DNA of 64,000 nucleotides from Eubacteriales bacterium (GTDB lineage Bacteria; Bacillota; Clostridia; Lachnospirales; Lachnospiraceae): NCBI GenBank assembly GCA_030536575.1, contig JAUNPS010000026.1, positions 361 to 64,360 of the forward strand, read 5' to 3'. Shown piece by piece: positions 55,343 to 64,000 of this stretch (position 1 is its first letter; each line of letters starts with the position of its first letter). The notes under the pieces were generated by a model. It saw only the letters and a program-made list of their open reading frames with translations, ran no database searches and was not told where the DNA came from. The position numbers and the translations under genes were made by a program.

Positions 55343-55403
55343 TTGACGGGACAGGGAAGGTGCAGTATAATTTTCTTAGCGTTATTTTTTAGAAAAAATA
55401 ACG
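55343..55403 (+). promoter_or_regulatory. modABC promoter with a ModE-type operator overlapping the transcription start
   Basis: TTGACG-17-TATAAT (55343-55371); 24-bp palindrome CGTTATTTTTT-AG-AAAAAATAACG (55380-55403). Confidence 0.8.
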
Positions 55404-55441
55404 AATTTTGCGTCAGGCAACCATGGGAGGTAGCGAATTTT

Positions 55442-56308
55442 ATGAACAAATTAATGAAAAAAGCAGGAGCATTGGTACTCACAGGAGCGATGGCAGCCAG
55501 TATGTGCATGGGCGCATCTGCGGAAGAAGAAGTGGAACTCGTTGTATTTGCGGCGGCATCCATGACAGAGACGATGACCGAAATCGCTGAGATGTATAAG
55601 GAAGTGGCTCCGAATGTGACCATTACCTATAACTTTGATTCTTCAGGAACTCTGAAAACGCAGATTCAGGAAGGTGCGGACTGTGACCTGTTTATTTCCG
55701 CGGCACAGAAGCAGATGAACCAGCTCGACATTAATGCGGATGCGTCCGTGAATGAAGAAGGGCTTGATTTTGTTGTTGCGGACAGCCGCATTGACCTGGT
55801 AGAGAATAAGGTTGTGCTGGTTGTTCCGGAAGGGAATCCGGCCGGGATCGAATCCTTCGACGACCTGACTTCCGATAAACTGACCCTTCTCTGCCTGGGA
55901 AATGAAGATGTTCCGGTAGGCGCTTACTCCGATGAGATCCTGGAGAGCCTTGGCATTGATAAGGCACAGCTTGAAGCGGATGGAAAAGTAACCTACGGCA
56001 CGAACGTAAAAGAGGTGACTTCTCAGGTATCCGAAGCTGCGGTAGATGCGGGAATTATTTATGCGACGGACGCTTATTCCGCGGGACTGACCGTTGTGGA
56101 TGAGGCGACATCCGAGATGTGCCGCCAGGTAATTTATCCGGCAGCCGTTTTGAATGTTTCCCAGAATCCGGAAGAGGCGCAGGCATTCCTCGATTATCTG
56201 CAGACGGACGATTGCGCGGCGGTATTTGAAGAGGTTGGGTTCACGATGGTTCAGGCGGAAGAAGCTGAGACGGAAGTGGAGACCGAAAGCGAAACCGCAG
56301 CAGAATAA
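55442..56308 (+). CDS. modA: Molybdate ABC transporter substrate-binding protein
   Basis: FAAASMT, FDSSGTL, DLFISA, VPVGAYS, NVKEV, DAGIIYATDA. Confidence 0.93.
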   Translation: MNKLMKKAGALVLTGAMAASMCMGASAEEEVELVVFAAASMTETMTEIAEMYKEVAPNVTITYNFDSSGTLKTQIQEGADCDLFISAAQKQMNQLDINADASVNEEGLDFVVADSRIDLVENKVVLVVPEGNPAGIESFDDLTSDKLTLLCLGNEDVPVGAYSDEILESLGIDKAQLEADGKVTYGTNVKEVTSQVSEAAVDAGIIYATDAYSAGLTVVDEATSEMCRQVIYPAAVLNVSQNPEEAQAFLDYLQTDDCAAVFEEVGFTMVQAEEAETEVETESETAAE

Positions 56309-56447
56309 AGAATTGGACAGAAAGGTCGGGGGTTTCGGCTCCCGGCCTTGTTTCACTTTTGAAGAAGATTTTGCCTTTGGGACGGGTGTGCTTCGTTAAT
56401 GACCGGGAGTGTGCGAAGTACCGTTTTGAGGCGATTGGGGGAAAACG

Positions 56448-57134
56448 ATGGATTGGTATCCTTTATTTAATTCGCTCCGCATTGCGCTGATTTCCAGTGT
56501 GATTGTATTTTTTGCAGGCATTTTTGCCGCTTATTATATTGCGAAGCTGCCGCCCCTTTTGAAAGGGATTCTGGATGTTGTGCTGACGCTTCCGCTGGTG
56601 CTGCCGCCGACGGTGGTGGGCTATTTCCTGTTGATCCTGACCGGGCCGAAGCGGCCTTTGGGAAGCTGGGTGCTGTCGACTTTTGGCGTGAAGCTGGTGA
56701 TGACCTGGTATTCCGGGATTTTTGCGGCGGTGGTTATTGCGTTTCCGCTGATGTACCGGACGGCGCGGGGGGCTTTTGAGAGTTTTGATGAGACGCTGGC
56801 GTTTTCCGGAAAGACGCTGGGGCTGTCGAATACGTATATTTTCTGGCGGATTCGGATGCCGGCCTGTAAGCAGGGGATTATGGCGGGGGCGGTGCTGGCT
56901 TTTGCGCGGGCTTTGGGGGAATATGGCGCTACCAGCATGGTTGCCGGATATACGCCTGGGAGGACGGCGACGATTTCGACGACGGTATACCAGCTCTGGA
57001 GGACGAATGATGATGAGCTGGCGTTTAAATGGGTGATGATTAATATCGCGATTTCGGCGGTTGTGCTTCTGGCGGTGAACCTTTTGGAAAGGCGGCAGCC
57101 TTCAAGGCCACGCACGCGCGGCGTTGGTACATAA
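56448..57134 (+). CDS. modB: Molybdate ABC transporter permease
   Basis: LPLVLPPTVVGY, FPLMYRT, FARALGEYGAT. Confidence 0.95.
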   Translation: MDWYPLFNSLRIALISSVIVFFAGIFAAYYIAKLPPLLKGILDVVLTLPLVLPPTVVGYFLLILTGPKRPLGSWVLSTFGVKLVMTWYSGIFAAVVIAFPLMYRTARGAFESFDETLAFSGKTLGLSNTYIFWRIRMPACKQGIMAGAVLAFARALGEYGATSMVAGYTPGRTATISTTVYQLWRTNDDELAFKWVMINIAISAVVLLAVNLLERRQPSRPRTRGVGT

Positions 57135-57152
57135 TGGCTGGGAGGAACGGAC

Positions 57153-58236
<1,084 letters not shown>

Positions 58237-58253
<17 letters not shown>

Positions 58254-59052
58254 GGGGCGCAGGGCCGCAGAACAGCTTCATGCGGTCGCGTCTTGCGGCG
58301 CAGAGCAGGGTCAGGCGGTATTCTTTGGCGAGCTGGACGGCCTCTGCGGAAGGAGAGGCTTTGCTGGCCAGGATCGGGACTCCGGCGCGAATGGCTTTGA
58401 CGGCCATGTCGGTGGGGATGCGGCCGCTGGAGTAGAGGATGCATTGGGTCAGGTCGATCTGATGGCGGAGGGCGTGGCCGATGGCTTTGTCCAGGGCGTT
58501 GTGGCGGCCGATGTCTTCGCATTGGAAGAGGAGTTTGTCTTCGCGGGCGAGGAAGCAGCTATGGGTGGCCCAGGTCTGGCTGTGGAGGGGCATTCCGGCG
58601 GCGAAGCGGTCGGCGAGGTCGAAGATCCAGGAGGCTTTCCAGGGAATGGGCGTGACTGGGCGCAATGCTTCTGAATGTTGAAAGTAGTCGTTTAAGATGC
58701 GGTTGCCGGTGCAGCAGGTCGGGGTGGTTTCTACGTAGTCGGCTGTTTTGGGTGCGGCGGTGGTTTTTAGCATGACTCTGGCGCGTTTGCCGAATTCGCA
58801 GATATAGAGTTGTTCGACGTCGGCGGTGGAGTGGATGATGTTTTCGGTGTACAGGCGGCCGAGGATGAGCTCGGTGAGGTATTCCGGGATGCAGACCAGT
58901 TTCATGGTGAGCTGGTCGTTGATGTACACGTCAATCAGGTGTTCTTCCAGGATTGGTTCTGTTTCTTCAAAGGTTTCTCCATTTCTTCCGATGAATTGAT
59001 AAGAGGCCGGGGTTAAGAGGCCGAGGTCGTGATATTGTTCGTTGATGTACAT
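58237..59052 (-). CDS. fdhD: Formate dehydrogenase accessory sulfurtransferase FdhD
   Basis: EDIGRHNALDKAIG, SSGRIPTDM, SKASPS; start MYINEQ has RBS GGAG. Confidence 0.9.
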
Positions 59053-59074
59053 AAGGATACTCCAATCTGTAGGA

Positions 59075-59300
59075 TTTGCGCGCGGGGCGCGGGTGCGGAT
59101 ATCGGCGAATGCGGCGGGATGCCGTGGCGTTTTGCGCGGCGGCGCGGGGCTGACGCAGGAATCCGGTGAATGTGTCGGGGTGTTATGGCGTTTTGCGCAG
59201 AGCGCGGAAGTCTGGCGCAGGAATCCGGCGAACGCTGTCGGGGTGTTGCGGCGTTTTGCGCGGGCGCGACAGTCTGGCATGGGGCTCCGGCGGAGCGGCG
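59075..59300. repeat. Degenerate GC-rich tandem repeat (~61-63 bp period) in the fdhD 5' leader
   Basis: GGCGTTTTGCGC at 59126, 59187, 59250; GCAGGAATCCGG..TGTCGGGGTGTT in two units. Confidence 0.75.
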
Positions 59301-59350
59301 CCGCATTTTGGGTGCAGAAAAAATTCCGCCAAAACGGGTTGTTTTCTGAT

Positions 59351-59380
59351 ATTATACCGTGGAAGCCCCTGAACTGTCAA
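59351..59380 (-). promoter_or_regulatory. Consensus sigma70 promoter for fdhD
   Basis: TTGACA-18-TATAAT on the minus strand. Confidence 0.7.
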
Positions 59381-59496
59381 ACAGCAAGAAATATCCATTG
59401 CTTTTCAAGCGCGAATATTGTACTATAAAAGATAGTTATGCGGTAACGAAGCCCCGGCTGGCCCGGAAATTCGTTGCCGGCAGAGGAGGTATCGGT

Positions 59497-59949
59497 ATGG
59501 GAAAAATCATGGCTGTGAACATCAGCGAAAAAAAGGGAACCCAGAAAATCAACGTCCATTCCGCGAAGGTAATCGAAGATTTCGGCCTGGAACATGACGC
59601 GCACGCGGGTAAATGGCACCGCCAAGTAAGCCTGTTGTCTTACGAAAAAATTGAAGCCTTTAAGGCCAAGGGCGCGCCTGTGGAAGACGGCGCATTCGGC
59701 GAAAATCTGATCGTACAGGGCATTGACCTGCGGACATTGCCCGTAGGAACCAGGCTTCGCAGCGGCGACGTGGTGCTGGAAGTGACCCAGATCGGCAAAC
59801 AGTGCCACAGCGGATGCGAAATCTATAAAATCATGGGCGACTGCATTATGCCCCGCGAAGGAATTTTTACGCGGGTTCTCCACGGCGGCGTGATCTCCGA
59901 AGGCGACGAAATGAGGGTTCTGGATGGAAACGAAACTGAATCACTTTGA
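59497..59949 (+). CDS. MOSC domain protein (canonical Cys-containing)
   Basis: [42 protein letters not shown]; RBS GAGGAGG. Confidence 0.92.
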   Translation: MGKIMAVNISEKKGTQKINVHSAKVIEDFGLEHDAHAGKWHRQVSLLSYEKIEAFKAKGAPVEDGAFGENLIVQGIDLRTLPVGTRLRSGDVVLEVTQIGKQCHSGCEIYKIMGDCIMPREGIFTRVLHGGVISEGDEMRVLDGNETESL

Positions 59950-60418
59950 TGAAAAAGGAAATGCGGTCATGGTGGACGTCTCCGGTAAAGTCCCCACCGC
60001 GCGGACAGCGGTGGCGAAAGGGACAATCCACGTCAACGAAACGGTCATGCGGGCCATCCTGGAAGGCACCGTGAAAAAAGGCGACGTCCTTGGTGTGGCG
60101 CGGGTGGCAGGCATTATGGGGGTGAAACAGACCTCTTCGCTGGTTCCGATGTGCCATCCGCTGATGATCCAGAAATGCAGCGTGGACTTTGAGGTGGATG
60201 AACCGGGCTGTGCGGTTACGGCTGTCTGTACGGTGAAGACGGAAGGGCAGACGGGTGTGGAGATGGAAGCATTGACCGGAGTCAGCGTGGCATTGCTGAC
60301 CATTTACGATATGTGCAAGGCGCTGGATAAGTCGATGGAGATCGGCGGGATTCATCTGGCAGAAAAAATTGGGGGAAAAAGCGGGCACTATGTGAACCCG
60401 AAGGAAGCATATGATTGA
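59924..60418 (+). CDS. moaC: Cyclic pyranopterin monophosphate synthase MoaC
   Basis: [36 protein letters not shown]. Confidence 0.95.
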   Translation: METKLNHFDEKGNAVMVDVSGKVPTARTAVAKGTIHVNETVMRAILEGTVKKGDVLGVARVAGIMGVKQTSSLVPMCHPLMIQKCSVDFEVDEPGCAVTAVCTVKTEGQTGVEMEALTGVSVALLTIYDMCKALDKSMEIGGIHLAEKIGGKSGHYVNPKEAYD

Positions 60419-61385
60419 TCAATATGGAAGAACCATCGATTATCTTCGCATTTCCCTGACCGACCGCTGCAATCTGCGCTGTGTATACTGTATGCCCGAA
60501 GAGGGCATTCAGCAGATTTCGCATGCGGAGATTCTGACGTATGACGAGATCCGGCGCATTTGCCGCTGTATGACGGAGCTGGGGATTCGGAAGATTAAAT
60601 TGACAGGCGGAGAACCCCTCGTGCGCAAGGATTGCGCGCAGCTTGTGAGGACGCTGAAAGCCCTTCCGGGAATCGAGAAGGTAACGCTGACGACGAACGG
60701 AATTTTGCTGGGCGAGCAGCTTCCGGGGCTTGTGGAGGCCGGGGTCGACGCGATAAATATCAGTCTGGATACGCTGAATCCGGAGCTGTTTCAGAAGATT
60801 ACCAGGCGGGACTGTCTGGATCAGGTTTTGGAGGGATTGCAGGCGGCGCTTGGATGTCCGCAGCTTTCTGTGAAGCTGAACTGTGTTCCGGTGATAAAAG
60901 AAAAGGAAAATTTTGTGGCATTGGCGGGGCTTGCGAAGAATAATCCGCTGCATGTGCGGTTTATTGAGATGATGCCGATCGGGTATGGAAAGCAGTTTCC
61001 GTTTCAGGATGAGGAGTCGATCAAGACGGTTTTGGAAGAGGCTTATGGGCCGATGATGCCTACCGCGGAACGGTTTGGAAACGGCCCATGCCATTATTAT
61101 ACGTTGGAAGGATTTCAGGGGAAAATTGGATTTATCAGCGCATTGACCCATAAATTCTGCAGCCAGTGCAACCGTGTGCGGCTGACTGCAGAGGGGCATT
61201 TAAAGGGCTGTCTCCAATTCCAGGAGGGCGTCGACCTGCGGGAAATTCTGCGTAAGGGCGGCACGGACGCGGAGCTGACCGAGGCAATCCGCCGGATTAT
61301 CTGGGAGAAACCGGTCAGCCATCATTTTTACGAGACACAGACGGAGCAGGATGAGATGCGCGCCATGTCTCAGATTGGAGGATAA
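60411..61385 (+). CDS. moaA: GTP 3',8-cyclase MoaA
   Basis: [34 protein letters not shown]-terminal MSQIGG. Confidence 0.96.
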   Translation: MIDQYGRTIDYLRISLTDRCNLRCVYCMPEEGIQQISHAEILTYDEIRRICRCMTELGIRKIKLTGGEPLVRKDCAQLVRTLKALPGIEKVTLTTNGILLGEQLPGLVEAGVDAINISLDTLNPELFQKITRRDCLDQVLEGLQAALGCPQLSVKLNCVPVIKEKENFVALAGLAKNNPLHVRFIEMMPIGYGKQFPFQDEESIKTVLEEAYGPMMPTAERFGNGPCHYYTLEGFQGKIGFISALTHKFCSQCNRVRLTAEGHLKGCLQFQEGVDLREILRKGGTDAELTEAIRRIIWEKPVSHHFYETQTEQDEMRAMSQIGG

Positions 61386-61386
61386 G

Positions 61387-61875
61387 ATGAGAGCAGCGAT
61401 TATTACGGCAAGTGATTCGGGATATGAGGGAAAGCGGGAGGATTTGAGCGGGCCGGTGATCCGGGAGATTCTGGAAGCGGGCGGTTATGAGGTGGTGCAT
61501 ACAAGGCTGCTGCCGGATGAGCGGAAGATGCTGGCGGAGGAGATGGCGCGGATTGCGGATGAGGGGATTGCGGAGCTGGTTGTGACCACGGGCGGCACCG
61601 GATTTTCGCCCAGGGACTGTACGCCGGAGGCGACGATGGATGTCTGTGAGCGGGCGGTGCCGGGGATTCCGGAGGCGATGCGGGCTTACAGTATGACGAT
61701 TACGCCGCGGGCAATGCTGAGCCGGGCGGCGGCGGGAATTCGGAAAAGCACGTTGATCGTGAATTTGCCGGGGAGTCCGAAGGCGGTGCGGGAGAGTCTG
61801 GAATATATTCTTCCGGCGTTGGATCATGGGCTGGAGATTTTGACGGGAAAAGCGGCGAACTGTGCGAGAAAGTAG
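61387..61875 (+). CDS. mogA: Molybdopterin adenylyltransferase (MogA/MoaB family)
   Basis: ITASDSG..DLSG, TTGGTGFSPRDCTPEA, NLPGSPKAV. Confidence 0.9.
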   Translation: MRAAIITASDSGYEGKREDLSGPVIREILEAGGYEVVHTRLLPDERKMLAEEMARIADEGIAELVVTTGGTGFSPRDCTPEATMDVCERAVPGIPEAMRAYSMTITPRAMLSRAAAGIRKSTLIVNLPGSPKAVRESLEYILPALDHGLEILTGKAANCARK

Positions 61876-61885
61876 TGGGAAGGCG

Positions 61886-62455
61886 ATGCGGAAGGTATCG
61901 ATGGTGATTCTGGCCGGAGGGGCCAGCAGCCGGATGGGGAGAGAGAAGGCGGATTTGCTTTTGGATGGGAAGACGTTTCTGGAGACGCAGATTGCGAAGG
62001 GGAGACGGCTTGGAATTGCGGATATTTTGGTTTCGGGATATCGGGGGGAGACATGCAGCGCGCGGGTTGTGATGGATCGAATTCCGAAGAAGGGGCCGCT
62101 TGGGGGGATGGAGGCGTGCTTCCGGGAGGCGAGGGAGGAATGGTGTCTGGTGCTGGGGGTGGATGTGCCGTTGGTGCCGGAGGAGGAATTGGAGAGGCTG
62201 ATCGCGTGTGCGCTTGAGAGCGGGGAGAGAGCGGTGATTCTGGAGCATGGGGGGAAGGAGGAGCCGTTGATTGGGGTTTATAAGAGGGAGTTAGCGGAGG
62301 AGATGGTGAGGGAGATTATGGAGGGGAAGGGGTCTGTGTTTGGGTTTTTGCGGAGGATTGGGTATGGGAGGTATCGGAGTGGGGGGAGGGAGGAGTGGTT
62401 TTGGAATGTGAATGAGCCGGGGAGTTATGAAAGAGTTAAGGGAATGGGAAAATAA
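61886..62455 (+). CDS. mobA: Molybdenum cofactor guanylyltransferase MobA
   Basis: ILAGGASSRMGREKA, GPLGG, VDVP, EPLIGVY, NVNEP. Confidence 0.9.
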   Translation: MRKVSMVILAGGASSRMGREKADLLLDGKTFLETQIAKGRRLGIADILVSGYRGETCSARVVMDRIPKKGPLGGMEACFREAREEWCLVLGVDVPLVPEEELERLIACALESGERAVILEHGGKEEPLIGVYKRELAEEMVREIMEGKGSVFGFLRRIGYGRYRSGGREEWFWNVNEPGSYERVKGMGK

Positions 62456-62522
62456 GCAATTGCTAAACAAAAGATTGTAAAAAGGGCTTGAAATATTTGG
62501 ACAAGCGTGGTAAGATGAGAAT

Positions 62523-62622
62523 GTAAAGAAAGGCACCCACTCCAAAGTGGAGGCCAGAGTTTAGGGTTTTGTGTCTTTACGGACACCGCCTATCCTGTGT
62601 GCTGGACAGGATAGGCATTTTT
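62523..62622 (+). ncRNA. Predicted antitoxin sRNA antisense to the 3' UTR of the holin-like toxin mRNA
   Basis: Promoter TTGAAA-17-TAAGAT with extended TG (62488-62516); perfect 11-bp terminator GCCTATCCTGT/ACAGGATAGGC + T-run (62588-62622). Confidence 0.65.
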
Positions 62623-62737
62623 ATTTCCGTTTGTTTCTCTTATCAAGAAACGCGAGGAGAGCTATGACGAACATGCCGACAGCGACCATTAAGGAAGCTA
62701 CGGCTAAAATTGTAGAAACAATTTCGTATGGTGTCAT
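62621..62737 (-). CDS. Type I TA toxin, putative holin-like peptide MTPYEIVSTILAVASLMVAVGMFVIALLAFLDKRNKRK (38 aa)
   Basis: Translated by hand; one long hydrophobic helix and basic tail; RBS AAGGGAGGTG; promoter TTGCAC-17-TACAAT with extended TG at 62854-62826. Confidence 0.82.
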   Translation of the reverse strand: MTPYEIVSTILAVASLMVAVGMFVIALLAFLDKRNKRK

Positions 62738-62923
62738 AAACGTCACCTCCCTTCTTATGTAATTCCCAAATAGGAAGCATAAACTCGGAAGGCTGCCGCC
62801 CTGTCATGGGTGCTTTCTGTAACTGATTGTATCATAAGAAAAGAATGAGTGCAAGCAAAAAAATAAATTGCAAAAAATATCAAAAATCTGAATTGTGCAA
62901 AATAAATAAGCGGAGGGATGCCG

Positions 62924-63475
62924 ATGCCAAATCTAACAAAATACGCCCTCGAAGCCTCTCTCAAAAAACTTCTCCTGAGCAAACCATTGGATAAAATCAC
63001 CATAAATGACCTGACCACCGACTGCGGGATCAGCCGCATGGCCTTCTATTACCACTTCAAAGATATTTATGACCTGATCGAGTGGATCTGTGTAGAAGAT
63101 GCTACGAAAGCATTGCAGGGTAAAAAGACCTACGATAGCTGGGTCGAAGGACTGGAGCAGATTTTTGAGGCTGTGCTGGAGAATAAGCCGTTTATTTTAA
63201 ATGTATATCACTCGGTCAGCCGGGAACAGATCGAAAATTATTTGTTTAAGCTTACGTATGATCTGATTCGGGGCGTGGTGGAGGAGAAGGCGGCTGGGAG
63301 CAGGATTTCGGAGGAGGATAAGCAGTTCATTGCGGACTTTTACAAATATGGGTTTGTTGGGGTGATGCTGGACTGGATTAAGCAGGGGATGAAAGAGGAT
63401 TATCATGAGATTGTGGAGAAGATGAGTACGACGCTGAGGGGGAATGTTACGAATTCGATCCGGAATTTTGAATGA
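62924..63475 (+). CDS. TetR/AcrR family regulator (DhaS-like)
   Basis: KPLDKITINDLTTDCGISRMAFYYHFKDIYDL HTH; second ATG fits the RBS GGAGGG. Confidence 0.92.
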   Translation: MPNLTKYALEASLKKLLLSKPLDKITINDLTTDCGISRMAFYYHFKDIYDLIEWICVEDATKALQGKKTYDSWVEGLEQIFEAVLENKPFILNVYHSVSREQIENYLFKLTYDLIRGVVEEKAAGSRISEEDKQFIADFYKYGFVGVMLDWIKQGMKEDYHEIVEKMSTTLRGNVTNSIRNFE

Positions 63476-63536
63476 GAAATCTGTGATTCAGGGTAGGGTG
63501 GCAGTATAAAAATATTGCAAAAGCAGGAGAAATGAT

Positions 63537-64000
63537 ATGAATTTGTTAAAATATGGCGATACCATTGGGATTATCTCACCAAGTTGGGTGGCAGACCAAA
63601 AGGATTATGAAAAGTATGCGAAAGGCATTGAAAGATTCGGGTTTCAAGTCAAATTCGGCAGGAATATTTATAAAGACACTTATAAATATACGGCAAGTGT
63701 AGCAGAGCGTGTTGATGATCTGAACGAAATGATCTATGACGAAAAGGTAAAGATGATCTTTTTCGGCGGGGGCTACGGAAGCGTGGATTTACTTCCGTAT
63801 ATCGATTATAAGAAAATAAAAGAAACGCCGAAACTTTTTTTGAGCTATAGCGATGGAACATCGATTTTGAATGCGATCTATGCGAAAACCGACATCATCA
63901 CATACTACGGGCAGACTCCGGGATTATTTGATAATGTCAGCGAATACGACAAAAAACAATTTGTTTCACATTTGGTTGAGGGAACGGCAGCGGATTATAA
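63537..64000 (+). CDS. S66 family LD-carboxypeptidase/MccF-like peptidase, 3'-truncated by the window edge
   Basis: Translated by hand: MNLLKYGDTIGIISPS..ERVDDLNEMIYD..FFGGGYGSVDLLPYIDY..LFLSYSDGT..YYGQ; RBS AGGAG. Not in the ORF track because it has no stop in the window. Confidence 0.85.
   Translation, partial: MNLLKYGDTIGIISPSWVADQKDYEKYAKGIERFGFQVKFGRNIYKDTYKYTASVAERVDDLNEMIYDEKVKMIFFGGGYGSVDLLPYIDYKKIKETPKLFLSYSDGTSILNAIYAKTDIITYYGQTPGLFDNVSEYDKKQFVSHLVEGTAADY

Noticed and set aside
59053-59280. 76-aa N-terminal extension of FdhD
   Set aside because: Low-complexity translation of the GC-rich repeats with no RBS at 59280; the ATG at 59052 has one.

Overview
A 64-kb chromosomal segment that looks like a gut anaerobic Firmicute (Lachnospiraceae-like gene content, sigma70 promoters, sortase-type anchor). 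Left part: a 5'-truncated ~2000-aa cell-wall-anchored surface protein, two AAA-ATPase/PD-(D/E)XK paralogs, Crp/Fnr-MATE, GH43, adenosine deaminase, AraC-EamA and patatin. At 18.1-19.3 kb are three tandem ~407-bp units, each a par/Fst-type type I toxin-antitoxin module whose 28-aa toxins are missed by the ORF track. Middle: ABC exporter pair with LysR, RlmI-like methyltransferase, dinD with a decayed DNA-methyltransferase remnant, a GH3/esterase/ABC/AraC glycoside-utilisation locus, a Phd-RelE type II TA, an ECF sigma/anti-sigma pair and metY. Right part (44-62.5 kb): a NuoE/NuoF-like + FdhF formate dehydrogenase whose flavin subunit carries NADP-type substitutions, and a Moco/molybdate cluster (2x MoeA, MobAB, ModABC, FdhD, MoaAC, MogA, 2x MOSC, no MoaD/E). 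That cluster is split by an intact IS110 and includes a MobA-fold/ModE-HTH fusion regulator next to a ModE-type operator. A second unannotated type I TA (holin-like toxin), a TetR gene and a 3'-truncated S66 peptidase end the window. I saw no rRNA, tRNA or CRISPR array. No database searches or folding programs were run; all calls come from reading motifs by eye.
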